Positions 13,078-25,894 of a stretch of 64,000 nucleotides of DNA are shown piece by piece (within the stretch, counting starts at the first letter, position 1; each line of letters begins with the position of its first letter). The translations under genes were made by a program, and so were the position numbers. The notes under the pieces are model-generated. The model ran no database searches and was not told where the DNA came from. It was given only the letters and a program-made list of their open reading frames with translations. The DNA is from Tricharina praecox (taxonomy: Eukaryota), in assembly GCF_024521635.1 (NCBI RefSeq), contig NW_026250427.1:496001-560000 (forward strand). Reading direction: 5' to 3'.

Positions 13078-13525
13078 TCATAGATTCGTTTCCATCGTCC
13101 CATCGTTCCAGCATCATATCAGGTCTTTGCCCATCCTCCATCCATTCATCCATCAAATCATCAAACCAATCATCCAGCCATCCAAACCAGCCATCAAACC
13201 AGCCATCTAGCCATCCAGTGATCCATCCAGCCAACCAACCATCCAACCAGCCATCCAGCCACATCCCCCACTCGACGGCTCTGTGGTTGCGGTACGGTCT
13301 AGTCTGGTCCAGTCTATCCGAGATATCCGTCCTCCACCTTATGCCGCCAGTCGCCTTGTCGTCTCGTCGTCCCGGACCAGTCGCTCGCGATGTATGTATG
13401 TATAGGTAGGTACTCCATTTCGCCATGGAAGCAGACCGCCCAAACAGAACCCGATTTCCTTCCAAAATCAGCGCCCACTCGTCATCACCATCACCATCGT
13501 CAGCGCAGCGCCACGCCGGCGGGCA

Positions 13526-14241
13526 TCATACACTGCAGCGAATTCCCGTTTGTGGCTGTGGCGGCTTTCTTGTCCGACGTGGACGTCGATCTATCTTCCT
13601 GGTCAGCCACTTTCTTCAGCTGGCGGAAGATGAATAAGTAAGTACCTCGCCTCCCACGCCGCCGAGTCCTCCCACGACTTCCGTATGCGGCGCCAATGCA
13701 TCTCGCAATCCGCATAGAGCGCCTTCAGCTCGCGGATGCCCTGTTCGCACTGCCTCTGGACGCTCGCGGGCTCGCTTCCTCCGCCCTTCGCCCCTTCCTT
13801 CGCCCCTTCCACGCCCGCAAACCCAGCATCCACCACCACCAGCCGGCGGTAACTCGCCTCCACGCCCTTGACGCGGCCGCGGACCCTCCTAAGCTCCGTA
13901 TCGATGCCCGCGAGGCGATCATAGACCTCACCCCTCTGTGATCTCGTAAGGCGGCCCAGGATCCTCCGGCGAGTCGAGCGCAGCGCGCGGTTGAGCGTTG
14001 CCTCGGCCGCCGCTAGTTGCGTCTGGATACCGGTGCACGAGCTGTGCACCGCCTCTGCCGCGCTGATGTGTGCGCCCACGCTCGGCGGAGATGAGGTGCC
14101 AGGCCGGCTGGGTAACGGTGTGCCGGGTGGTGACGGGAAGGATTTGAGGATTTCGGACACCGAGAGCGTGAGTGGGATGTCGCGGCGGAGGTTGGTGCTG
14201 CCGTTACGCGTGCGCGTGGTGCCGGCGGGCGTGGAGGACAT
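13526..14241 (-). CDS. Hypothetical protein (Pro/Ser-rich N-terminus, predicted helical/coiled-coil middle)
   Basis: Open frame from ATG 14241 (MSSTPAGTTRTRNG..LKSFPSPPGTP..), GC-rich coding-like composition, probable terminal intron (GTACTT..GCTGACCAG) near 13645-13600; 3' end uncertain. Confidence 0.45.
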
Positions 14242-17200
14242 GGTTTGGTTGCGTGCGTTGAGGACGGGAAGGATGGCAAGGTCGCGTGTGCGAGTATGGA
14301 TGTGCAAAATATTTCGCTCGCTCGATCGCTCTTATCGGCGTGGCGGGTAATGTATAAGTGTGTAGGTTAACCTAGACTAACAAGCGAGCGGGTGGTGGAG
14401 CGGGTAGGGCCAACTTCGTTCGTGTGTCGATCGTGTTCGTGTGTTCGTCCAGTCGGTTGTGAGTTTAGTTGAGTGAGTATGTAGGGGTTGTGGAAGGCGA
14501 TAATTTTTTCAATTCGACCGGAAATCCCCTTCATATAGTTATCCTCGATATGTATCCTCGGGGCAGCTTTGGTATGTGCCTGGCGGAAGTCGCAGATCAT
14601 ATATGTACACGGCGGAAACCCCCCCCCCCCCCCACCCCCCCCCCCCCACCCTCCCCATAACTCCCTTGCTTCCTAGCTTTTAGCTCGCTCGAACCCTTCC
14701 CTTCATACCTGCCAGCTCACCACGAAACCTAGTGGCTGATGGGTACCGTATGTATGTATGTAGGTGAGTATGTCGGTATGTTAGGTAGAGTGTGTATGTA
14801 CGCTGCAGCCAGGTGATGAGAAAGCCCGGGCGGTCCTCTTTTTTTGTTATCCCTTCACCCTTCGCCCTTCGCCTTGAACCCGCCTTGATCCCGCAGGAAG
14901 GGTAGTTAGAACCGGACGAACGTCAACAAAAGCCCGTTGCCAGGGTGACAATGCATGTTCTGGGAGCCGGACGGCCTAAGGTATGCAGTGCGGTGCTCAC
15001 ATATGTCGCACGAACTTTTTCGTCAACAAATCTGCTCGTGCGCGGGGGGTTGACGGAGGGGGACGGAGGTCATGCGGTCGCATCGGGCGTAGAGTATGCA
15101 GCTGGCAGCTGCGGAAAAGGAAAAGGAGGCCGCCGCCCCCTCCCCCCCCGCCCCCGCCGCCGTGAAGAATCGAGCAACAAGCAACGAATCACGATGGCAT
15201 GAATGGAGGGGCATGACAGGAAATAGGTAGATAGACAGGTGCCCAACTAGTAGTGTCATGCCGCGCAGCGCTGCCTGGCATCAGGCGGGGACGAAGAAAA
15301 ACAAGCATTGCCGGCATCGTGGTCACGAAACACTGCACATTCGAGGTGTGGCCATGGGAGCGGCCAGAGGACGACGGACATGAAGCGAGGGGCTGGTCGT
15401 AGTCACGTTGCACGCGTGCCCGGGTGAGCGGTGGATGGTGAACAGTGAACAGTGAACAGTGAACGGGTTGCGAACTCTCGATAGGCACGCAAGTGAGTAT
15501 CATAGGTGCTCTGCTTAGATGAGTGCCTAGAGCATGCCTTGGCTGCTGACTCGCATGGCAGCAGCAGCAGCAGCGTGACGAATCCCTGGCGGAACGAGAA
15601 CGCGAAATGTTTATCGAGCACGTTCGTTCGTTTCCCGGGGGGCGTGTCGAGATGAAACGTACGCGTGGAATGTGGATATCTCAGCACTGCATGCACGCAC
15701 GCGGGTCAGCCGGGTTCAAGGGATGGGAACTGGAGAAGAGCACAAACTCCTGTCCTGCATGCTCTAGATCGTTGCGGCCGCCGTTCGGCATACGACGCAA
15801 TATGTTGATGTTCTCTCTGTCTCTCTCTCCCTCCCTTTCTCTCTCGCGGCATGCGACGTCGATGGATGGATGGATGGACGATGGCTGGCGGCATGACAGA
15901 CGGACGGACGAGCGAGTGCTGGTTGTGTGATGCGGACTGTTGTGGCTGTCGAGTACTACTATATATGTGGAATGTAGTCTTCCTACCGTACTGCACTTCG
16001 TTCTCGTGTGTGTCGAGTAGGTAGAGTAGGGAGGTAGACACAATGTATCTACGGTATCTGTAGGATCCGGATCGTACCATGAGCTCAAGGAGATGGAACT
16101 GTCGGCAGAGGAGAGTAGAGTAGAGTGCCGTAGCATTCGTAAGCGGGGGCCCGAGGCCGCAAGGTGCAGGCCGAAGGAGATTGGCGGGAAGGCATTTCCC
16201 GGGAAGATGAATAAGGAGCGAGGCGCAGCCTTGTTGGCGGGGGCCAATCGATAGGTATCACTGCGAACCAGCGTTTCACGATTGATGGGCCGGGAATCAA
16301 AGCGTAAGAACGTATGTAGGAACCCCACAGCACAGCGCGTCCGTGCCGCGGCCGCAACGCAAGACCCACGAGCGAATCACGGGTTGCCAACCTGACTCGA
16401 CTTCTCGGCCGCGGCGGCAAAGGCAGAAATGGAGCTTCAACGTGGCCCACAGAGTTGCGCACTTTTCAGGTTCTATGTATGAGATATGTACTCGTAAACC
16501 TACTGTGCTCTCCTGGTTAGTATGACCACTCGTATACCGGTACTGTGCTCTGCTTCCACTCTCCGCCGATAGGTAAATAGCAGGTAGCCTCACGGCACCG
16601 GCGCTGGCTGCAGATGCCCGCCAGAAGGGGCTGATTCCGGTGATCCTCCGCTTTCTTTGCTTTCTCTCAATAGCCTTCCGGCGGGCTGTCTGCGGCCATG
16701 GCATCCCCTTTGATCGACGACGGCGACATGCGCGAGCCGTGTCTCACGCAGCGGCGGAGTGAGTTGTATTTCTGGACGTGTCGCTGCCGGAGTCGTTGTC
16801 ACGACTTTCGGTGTTTTACCTTGGTTCAGGAGTCTCCCGAATGTCTCTCCGCACGCCGCCCTGTCCCCAGCATCCTGCCGGCCTTCTGCATCCCCTCATC
16901 CCCTCATCCCCCCACCAAGCTGCTCGCCGTAGGTATTGTATTCCCAGCCGCCGCGCTCGCCAAGGGGTGTCATCGTTCGTCAGACGCCTCTTTGGCCTGC
17001 AGACTGCCGCCCAGAGTATGTATAGTACCGTAGGCACGAATGTCAGTCCTGTAACTACCCTAGAGTGCAGTGGAAGTGGAAGTGGAGTGGAGTGGAGTGG
17101 AGACCGGGAGCTGCATAGTGTGGTGTCCGGTCCGGCCTTTCCTTCGTCGTCCCTTATGTCTGCCTGTCGCATTGCTTCTTTTCCCATATGCCTGCCTGCT

Positions 17201-17825
17201 GCCTTTGTCTGTCCGCTTGCTGCGTTGCTTCTCTCTCTCCCTTCCCTTCTTCGTCCACCACTCACTCTCGCTACTTGCCCCCCCTTACGCTACATAACTC
17301 CGTCCGCCCTTCGCCTCCCCCCCTTCCCCCCTTCCCCCTCCCCCCAGTCGCTCGCTTGAACATCTTCAATTCAATTCTGCTGGCTCTCCGCCTGGTTATA
17401 TTCCTGTCTTTAGATACTCGTCCCCATTCCTCGTGTCCGTTTTAATAATTCGTCCGCTTCTCTTCCTGCTTCTTTCTGCACCCCCCAATTAGAGCTTCAT
17501 ACCTCCTTCTTTCGTTTCTACACCGACACCGCCCATCAGAGCAACCCCACCTTGCCAACCGTAACGACCAAGGAATACCGGAATCGCCAGCATACGCATT
17601 CACCCACATACACCCCCATACTCCACCCTACTTACAGGAACCTACCTCCCTTGTGACGTCGTAGTTGATCCCGCCTATCTACACTTCTGACCTACACACA
17701 TCCACACTACAAAGAACCACTGCACTACATAATCCGCTCCACGGCTCACCCGACTAGATAGTTGCTCTAGATTCCAATAGTCCTCTTCTCGCCACCCTTA
17801 GCAAATCCCCTAGAAATCAGTCAAG

Positions 17826-20183
17826 CTGGCGGAGTAAGTTGCTTCCCCATGAGCCTCGGAGAAAGAAAAAAATGCATGCTGTCATACCCTTCCGAGTTAC
17901 AGTTAACTCCAGCTAACCGGGAGCCAACTTTATCTGCTGTTAGATTCTTATATGTCGTTCACTCTGTCCCTCATGGCCAGACCACTACATCCTTCTCGAC
18001 ACCAACGAAACCGTCCCCGCCTCCTCTGAGAACCGCGCAGTCCACGATGAAGCCGAATCCCCGCCCGCTATCCATTACCTCCCCGGGCTTCTCCACACTC
18101 ACCGCCGACCGACCGCCTCTGAGCAAATCCGCGAGCGACAGCAATCTAAAGTGCGACAGTGACGGCAGCGGGGGCGATGGGGGAAACCACGGAACGGACT
18201 TGAATCGCGAGGTTGCGGCGCTCAGCAATAAGCTCATCAGCGCGATCAACCACCAGACGAAATTGGACGATTCGCTATCGGCGACAAAACACGAACTGGA
18301 CCTCTCCAAGACGCAGATACGACAGCTCGAGAGCGAAACTCAGAGGCTGTTGACTCGACTGAGTGAGGAAAGTCAGCAGCGTGGGCAGGCCGAGAAGGAC
18401 AAGCGACACATCGAGCTGGAGTTGGAGAATTTGACGACGGCGCTGTTCGATGAGGCCAACAAGGTGGGTTGCCTGATAAAGTGCTGAAGTGGCTTTTTTG
18501 TTCTTCTTTTTCTTTTGGCTAACGTTGCGTAAGATGGTCTCTGCGGCGCGGAAAGAACGGGATGCGGTCGATCGCAAGAACGAGCAGCTGCGCGCTCAGC
18601 TTGCCGACACCGAGTCGCTACTGACTTCACACCAAGAACAGCTCGCCGAACTCAAAGCGGTAATGCAGCAGATGAGCAAAGAACACGAGGAGAGCGAAGC
18701 CGCAATGTCCCCGGGTGTCCCTTCGACACCGAGCATGATCGGGCGGAGCAGCAAGGATGGGATGGGTCGGATATTCGAAGCGCTTCACCTCGTGCCGAAC
18801 CCGGGGAACCTCGAGGACATGCCCCCGTGCCCACCGACCGCATTGATCAACCTCGTGCACCCGGTGCTGCGACACGACACAGCGTCTTACAAGGAGTTCT
18901 GCGAGGTGTTGCACACGCTCAAGCCGAGCGATCTGAGAACGCTCCCCGTGAGTAGGCTATCTGGCGGCTCTTTTGCGTCGATTCAAGTTATGGGTATGGG
19001 CGTGGGCTTAACAATGGCATCTCCGGGCCAGGGTGCGTCATCGATAGGTAGCAGCTTGTTTGGACTCAAGAAACGTTCCGATTCGAGCTCGACCACGCAC
19101 TCTCCCTCGGGCTCTACGAGCAGTACGAACGAATGGCAGGCGACCATCAACGCTCTCAAGGAGACCAAGTTTTTCAAGCGTGTCATGATGGAGGACATCG
19201 AGCCGGCCCTGAGACTGGACTGCGCTCCCGGACTCTCGTGGCTCGCCCGACGCAACGTCATGTCGGCCATCACCGACGGAACGCTTGTCATCGATCCCAT
19301 GCCAACCGCCGCGAATGTTTCAATCTTTGCTTGCTCGCTCTGCGGCGAGAACAAGGCGGACGAACAGCACGCACGCACGCACAGGATGCGGATTAACGAG
19401 AATCCGAATGCGCAGCGATACCCCGTGTGCTCGTACTGCACCACTCGCATGAGGAGTGTCTGCGACTTCATGGCTTTCCTGCGCACGCTCAAGGAGGGTT
19501 TATGGAAATGCGAGAGCGAAGGAGACATGAAGCACGCATGGGAAGAGAGCGTCAAGCTACGCGAGAAATTATTTTGGGCTCGGATCGGAGGAGGAGTTGT
19601 TCCTGTGGGTTTCCACCTTACTCCGGCATGGCTAGGCGAATCACTAATCTCCAGGGGATAGGCATTCATCCGTGAATCCAGGCGGAATTCTCTCAACGGC
19701 CAAACCGAAACTCCGCCACGAACACCCATTCTGGCCAACATGCTGGATGACGCAAAGCTGAATATTCCCAAAAAGCGCAACAGCCAGCACAACAATCCGT
19801 TCCTCACCCCCGAAAAACAAATCATTCCTGCGGCATCGAATCCGTCGCCACTGGCACTCGATGGCGACAGCGAATCGGTTCTGTTCGATCGTGAAGACGC
19901 CGTCGACGCTAGCGAGGAAGTGCACGTGGCAAGCGAAATTGCTAAGGAGCAGCCGGTAGAAGTGCTCGATGTTGAGACGGCGGCGGCGACGGTTGAGGAG
20001 ACTGCCGAGCTCCCAAGCTACAATCAAGCGGCGACGGAAACCCCCCTGCCGGAATCACCCATCGCTACGCGTCCCAAGAGTGGGGGACCGGCACTCACCG
20101 CCATCCGCACGGAATTCGTGGCGACCCCAATCACCTACAGCAAAAGTAGCCCTACGTCGCCGTCGATTCCTGGCGGTTGGTAA
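17826..20183 (+). CDS. SEC2: Sec2-like Rab GDP/GTP exchange factor (probable CUG start at 17826; first in-frame ATG at 18047)
   Basis: Sec2 coiled-coil ELENLTTALFDEANK|MVSAAR; C-terminal EDIEPALRLD.APGLSWLARR, CSLCGE, CSYC..RMRSVCDF, WEE..KLRE.LFWARIGGGVVP. Introns 17834-17943, 18464-18533, 19605-19661. Confidence 0.9.
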
Positions 20184-20374
20184 ATGGGCCCGGGCCCGGA
20201 CTGCCGAAATTTGAAGATGATGAACACCATGTTTTTTTTGGGTCTTTTTTTTTTTCTCCTTTGTGGTATGCGAATTTTTTTCCCTTTGTCTCCAACCTCC
20301 AATCCCCCTTATGCCCTTTTACGGTCCCATATATATATACTTTAGTACTGGGTTCTCTTTCTTGTTTCTATTCC

Positions 20375-20495
20375 TTTTTCTCTTTTTCTCTTTTTCTCTT
20401 TTTCTCTTTTTCTCTTTTTCTCTTTTTCTCTTTTTCTCTTTTTCTCTTTTTCTCTTTTTCTCTTTTTCTCTTTTTCTCTTTTTCTCTTTTTCTCT
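20375..20495 (+). repeat. Polypyrimidine microsatellite (TTTTTCTC)n
   Basis: About 15 tandem 8-mers downstream of SEC2. Confidence 0.9.
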
Positions 20496-20647
20496 TCTGT
20501 TTTTGCCGAGAACATTTGGCTGTAGTTTTATCATCTTATACGCCTGAGAGCGGTTGGTTGGGGGGACAACTGGGGGGATCTTGTACTATATATATCTTTG
20601 CTTGCGGAATTTGTGCTTATACTCCGTGGAAGGAGGAGAAGCATACG

Positions 20648-20732
20648 GGAAGGGAAGGGAAGGGAAGGGAAGGGAAGGGAAGGGATGGGATGGGGAGGGA
20701 AGGGAAGGGATGGGATGGGAAGGGAAGGGAAG
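20648..20732 (+). repeat. Polypurine microsatellite (GGGAA/GGGAT)n
   Basis: Tandem pentamers visible. Confidence 0.85.
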
Positions 20733-21239
20733 GTGAGAGGGGGTGGGGAGGATGGGGGATGGGGGAGGAGGTCGTCGTTGCTTTTTTACCTACTCTACCT
20801 ATGGCTGGCTGGCTGGATGTCAGAGTTGTTCTGTGTAACTTGGTGCCGCCGCTTCCTCTTGCTACGGACTACGGACTACGGACTATGGACTACAGTGTAA
20901 CGAATTGAAACGCGGCATGCAAATTATGGACACTACTATACTGGTGGTTCTTCGGGAGGGTGTCGAGATGGCGGGTGGTGAGATGGCGGGTGGTGATATG
21001 GCGGATGGTGATGTGTGCGGAAAGCGCGGGTCGAAATTGTGGTTACGAAGGCGAACGATCATGTCGGTTAGTTACTAGTATCTATCGCTTATCAGATCAA
21101 TCTACCTACCTAGTATGTATCGTATTTGGTCACCCAACGCAAACCAATCCAATCAACCTCCCGGCCCCAGCTCCTCCACAACCGCGCTCAACCTGCCCAC
21201 CACCACGTCTTTGTACATCGCCACCCATCACCACACGCG

Positions 21240-22739
21240 ATGACCTCGACGGCCCCCGCACCAAAGTCGAAACCATTCTCGCTCTCCCTCGGGGGCTCAA
21301 AGCTCCCTCCCTCCTCCGCCGCCACCTCCTCCTCCGCCGCCACCTCCTCCTCCGCCGCCGCCGCCGCTGCAGGGACGAAACGTCGACTCGCGGCCACGTT
21401 CGGCAGCGACAGCGACTCCGACTCCGACCATGGCCACAATGGCAAGCACGGGCGCAGCAGCAAAGTCCAGCTCGTCAGCGGCTTTGGCGGCGCACCCGAG
21501 CAGGAGAAAGAGAAGGCGGCCCCGATGGTCATACCGAAGCTGGCGAATAGGGACTGGAAGAAGGAGGCGGAGATGAGGCGCGGTGGGCGCAGTGGGAAGA
21601 GAAGGGGGGGGGGGAAGGAGTTGTATGTGCCCGAGGAGGCGCTGCATCGTGCTGCTGTGGCGAGGGGGGAGGCGAATGGGGAGGGGGAGGGCGAGGGGAA
21701 GGGGGGGGAGAGGGTGGAGGCGAAGGAGGTCGAGAATACGGGCAAGGGGGAGACGTATGGGCTTAAGACTTTTGAGAGGAAGGTTGTTGAGGAGGGGGTG
21801 GAGGGAGTGGAGGGTGGTGAGGCGGAGGAGGAGAAGAAGGAGATCACGGAAGACGAGCGCGCGATCGCGGCACTGATGGGCGCGACACCGTCCGGCAGCG
21901 ACATGGTGATTGCGCACACCTCGGACACGTCTACATGGCGGGACGCCGGCAACGGCGGGGGCGGGGGTGGCAACGAAGACGACGCGTACCGGGCGGACGT
22001 AGACTCGCGACCAGACGTGCCGTCGCTGGCGGACTACGCGGCGGTGCCGGTCGAGGAGTTTGGAGCTGCGCTGCTGCGCGGGATGGGGTGGAAGGGCGGC
22101 GAGCAGCTGGGCGGGAATCGGGGGAAGGACAGGGACAAGAGTGGCAAGCTGCGCCTGCTGGAGAAGCGCCCGGCGTTCCTCGGCATCGGCGCGAAACCTA
22201 TGACCGAGATTCCCGAGCTCGGCGCCTGGGGGAAGGGCGATAAGAAGAAGGGAGGCAGGAGGCCCGATACTACGTATATCCCCGTCGTCAAGGTCGATAA
22301 GAGGACTGGCAAGGCTGTTGCGGCGTTGGGGGAGGGTGAGGAGAAGGAGAAGGCGGTCGCCGGGAAGCGCGACGAGGAGAGGAGGATTACGGATGGCAGC
22401 TCGAGGGGTGCTAAGGACGATGGCAGGGACGCGAGGAGGAGGGAGGAGGACCCGAGGGATTCACGGAGACGCGGCGATGATGAGGGGAGACGGAGACGCA
22501 GAGATAGGTCTTCGGATCGCTCCGGGAGAGGTGGCGACCGCGACCGGCATAGGGATAGCGGAAGGGATAGTGGCCGCGACCGGGACCGGGACCGGGACAG
22601 TGGCCGAGACCGAGAACGCGACCGGGACCGCGACCGGGACCGCGACCGTGACCGTGATCGCAGACGGGGTGGTGATAGCGATCGCAGACGGCGCAGTAAG
22701 GAGCGGGAATCTGGCTCCAGCAGGCGCGATAGACGATAG
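21240..22739 (+). CDS. SPP2: Spp2/MOS2-like G-patch pre-mRNA splicing factor
   Basis: Intronless ORF with DYAAVPVEEFGAALLRGMGWKGG and RPAFLGIGAK (G-patch_2 type), plus an RD-dipeptide-rich C-terminus. Confidence 0.85.
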   Translation: MTSTAPAPKSKPFSLSLGGSKLPPSSAATSSSAATSSSAAAAAAGTKRRLAATFGSDSDSDSDHGHNGKHGRSSKVQLVSGFGGAPEQEKEKAAPMVIPKLANRDWKKEAEMRRGGRSGKRRGGGKELYVPEEALHRAAVARGEANGEGEGEGKGGERVEAKEVENTGKGETYGLKTFERKVVEEGVEGVEGGEAEEEKKEITEDERAIAALMGATPSGSDMVIAHTSDTSTWRDAGNGGGGGGNEDDAYRADVDSRPDVPSLADYAAVPVEEFGAALLRGMGWKGGEQLGGNRGKDRDKSGKLRLLEKRPAFLGIGAKPMTEIPELGAWGKGDKKKGGRRPDTTYIPVVKVDKRTGKAVAALGEGEEKEKAVAGKRDEERRITDGSSRGAKDDGRDARRREEDPRDSRRRGDDEGRRRRRDRSSDRSGRGGDRDRHRDSGRDSGRDRDRDRDSGRDRERDRDRDRDRDRDRDRRRGGDSDRRRRSKERESGSSRRDRR

Positions 22740-22982
22740 ACGATAGCTAGACGATGTCCTTTCATTTTTTTATTCATGCAATGCGGCGTTTATCCATAGT
22801 AAGCCCTCAGACTGTTGGGCTGCCGAGTTCGATGCCGACTTTACGGTGCTTCTTCCTTAAATTAGATGATTTCCTAACTCCGATTCCCGATCACTATCCA
22901 CTTCGATTGAGTCTTGAGTCCTTCATGTACCGTGCCGTCATCCAGCCCTCAATCTCATCAGGTACATACGGTATATGTATAC

Positions 22983-23526
22983 GTACGGTCGATCTACATA
23001 CCACCTGCAACATCCGATTGCACGATTGCGCGCTTTGACGGATCGTGCATCATATGCCAGGTAATATCTACTATTACCACGTTCCCCAACCGACTATGTA
23101 CATATCATAGCAGCCGCATACATACTCTAGGTACTCTGCCCTGCTCCTACATACCTACACTCGCACACTCACGCACTCAAATCTCAAGTCTCAAGCAGTG
23201 ACCAGGCAGCCGCACTCGCACCATGCCTCTCGGGAGTCGGCTCGGCCGATGGGTTTCCAGAGTACATACATAGCTGCCGCGATACCGAGATTGGAACGGT
23301 ACCTATGTAGGTATGTATGAGGGATGGATGGTGTTTTGCCGGACAAAACACCGGCCGGCGGCCGAGCACTCTTTTGATTTTCCAGAGATATCGCCGTAGA
23401 CACAGCGTTCTTTTCGTGCGGTATGATTTCGGTGACAGGTATGTACATAGGTAGGTACCGCTCATGAAGTGTCGCGACGGCAACTGTAGGAAATGTTCTG
23501 ATCTCCTTCGTTCGAGCAACAGCTCC
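22983..23526 (-). repeat. Dispersed repeat family B, copy 2 (uninterrupted)
   Basis: Reverse-complement match to 11826-11866 plus 12352-12823. Confidence 0.8.
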
Positions 23527-25174
23527 GCCCACCAGGAAGGCCGCAACAATGCCTCAACCTGCGAAAGGCATGGTAAAGTCACCGTGGAATCACCATAGGT
23601 AGGTACGCCGTTATGGCAATTGGGCGCTCAACTAGAGATCTTCCAAGAGACCAGAAGATCTGGCTGGAAGGTGGAAGGTATATACCTATTCCTGGATTTC
23701 CTGGATGGGGAAGGTAATCGGAGCGACGGAGCAATGGAGCAATGGAGCAATGGAGCAACGGAGCAATGGAGCGATGGGGCGGGCGGTCGGGACATGGGGG
23801 ATCACTCGGTTCTCTGGATTGGCGAGCTGGGTGAGAAGTGGGTTGGATGGTTGGGTGAGAAGTGTACGGCAGTGGGATGGGGTAGGATGTGATGAGATGG
23901 GGATTGGGGATGGCGATTGTGATGGTGATGGCGAATTCACCACCAGGTTTGTAAATCAATCCGGTGCTCAGAGCGAGCCTGGACTCTGGTTGTGGGCTCT
24001 GGAGGCAAAGTTTCACCACCATCACCGCGCTGCGAGAGGCCGCCGCTGTTAGGCTGCGTGCAGGTTACAGGTTTCCTACATACTTACATAGGTACGCGTA
24101 TGGTATGGTGTGAGAGTGTATGATACGAGAGTGTGCCGGATGGAATGGTATGGAAGCCGAGACACTTGGTGACTTAGGTAGCCGTGTTACTCTCCATACG
24201 GGGGGGGGGAGACGGTCTGGCTGGCTGGTTCTTCGGCTCCAGGGCTACCGATATGTGTAAAAGCGAGCTGAGCTGTGGATATCCGTTGGGCCTGTGGGAT
24301 ATGGCCTTTGGCGTGTGGAATAGGTACTGCCTATCCGGCCAATGTTAATGGACGCATGGTTTCATGGTTTCAGCATTCATGGCTATCGAAACCTAAATTT
24401 GTGCATAACATGCGAAGGGGCGCACAGCTATTGTGTGTACATAATATGCATTCGATATCCTTCCGGCTCTGCACGGTTGCAGGTTGCCGATTACAGGTTA
24501 CAGGTTGCAGTTACTGGTAGCAGCGGAGGTGTGCGACCCACAGCATATACGGTGCTACCTATGATACCAGGTAAGTGCCTATGATACATCGTACATACAT
24601 CGTACATCGTACAGACCTCGCAAGCTTCCTGCTCCTCTCAGCTCTGTGCGAGTACTATACATACCTCGGTGGCCGAGGGCCTGCGCAAGGACCTGCGCAA
24701 TGAAGGACGGTCGGTGGACCTGCAACATGGCTGTTCCATGGTTTTTTTACCGCGCCAATGCAACGTCCCGGTACTCGAGGAGACCCGAGATGGCCATACC
24801 GATGGGGATTCGACGGAGCTGAACGTCTGAAGCGAGAATAATGTCACTTTCCCCATCGGTTCCGATGCTCGCGAGTAACGGTATACCGAGGACGGTCCCT
24901 CGTGACGAGTGACCGGTGGATGTTGGATGGAGGAGGGAGAACCGAGGATGCTGGAAGGACGCCGTCGGTGGGACGATTATCGTCGGACGGCGGCGGATGT
25001 CCATCGCGAGGAGAAGCCTACCTGGTTTGACAGACGTTCCCACGAGTTGTATAAAGACCCCCTCGGCATCTGCGTACCAATGTCCTTCTCCAGCAGCCTC
25101 TCCGCACCCTCACCGTGCAGCCCTTTGTGCCCAGCCCCACCGTCCACACTTCCGCTTCCATCCCCAGCTTCAAT

Positions 25175-25894
25175 ATGAAAGCCACGATCTTCACCATCGT
25201 CCCACTCCTCTTCCTGTTCGTCGGCAGCGTCCTCGCCTCGCCGGTGGCCGTCTCCACGGCCGACGAGCAGGACCTGGCCGCACGGCAGTTTATCGAGCTC
25301 GACTTGATCGTGAACGTCCTGTATTCCGATGTCCAGGTCACGAATAAGTTTTACAACACCACCTGCGCTGAGAAGTGCAGTCCTGTCTACGTGGTGAGTC
25401 TCCCCTCCTCCCCCTCCCCACTCCTTCCCAGCCAGCCTTGGAGCCTTGAAGCGGCGGGGAACTGATGGGAGATATAGGTGGAATGGGCGAAAAAAGTCAG
25501 CTTCCACTGCTACGACGCAGTCGCCAAGTGCAAGCAGCTGCCGTCGGGCTACCGGTTCCTAAACCTGGGGTTGATCGTGAAGCTGGTCGTTGCGCTGCTG
25601 GTCGAGATTCAGTACACGCTGAAGTTCTTGCTGGCTGGGTGTGGGATCCGTACGTGCCTGACCTACCTGCCTACCTCGAGATAGATGGCATAGCATGCTT
25701 ACGTACAACTAGCCTTCAACATCGGCGTCCTCGGGCTCGTCGGAAACCTGATCATTGCGCTGAACCTGCTGCTCAAAACGCTCGCTCGCTTCGTGTTCGG
25801 CCTGCTGCCGGCGATTTTGGTCCTGCTGCTGAAAATCCTCGGCGGTGGTGGCGGGTGCGGGATTTGTGAATTGGGGTTGAAGTTCTGGTTGTAG
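25175..25894 (+). CDS. Small secreted, Cys-containing, Leu-rich hydrophobic protein
   Basis: Signal peptide MKATIFTIVPLLFLFVGSVLA-SP, pro-region ending AAR. Introns 25394-25477 and 25650-25712 give a continuous frame ending ..GGCGICELGLKFWL*. TATAAA at 25050. Confidence 0.75.

Noticed and set aside
20177..20908. 243-aa ORF with FFFSFSL and GKGRE repeats
   Set aside because: Produced by microsatellites lacking stop codons; no coding signal
22034..22777. Minus-strand ORF with RS repeats resembling an SR protein
   Set aside because: Antisense shadow of the RD-repeat tail of the Spp2/G-patch gene
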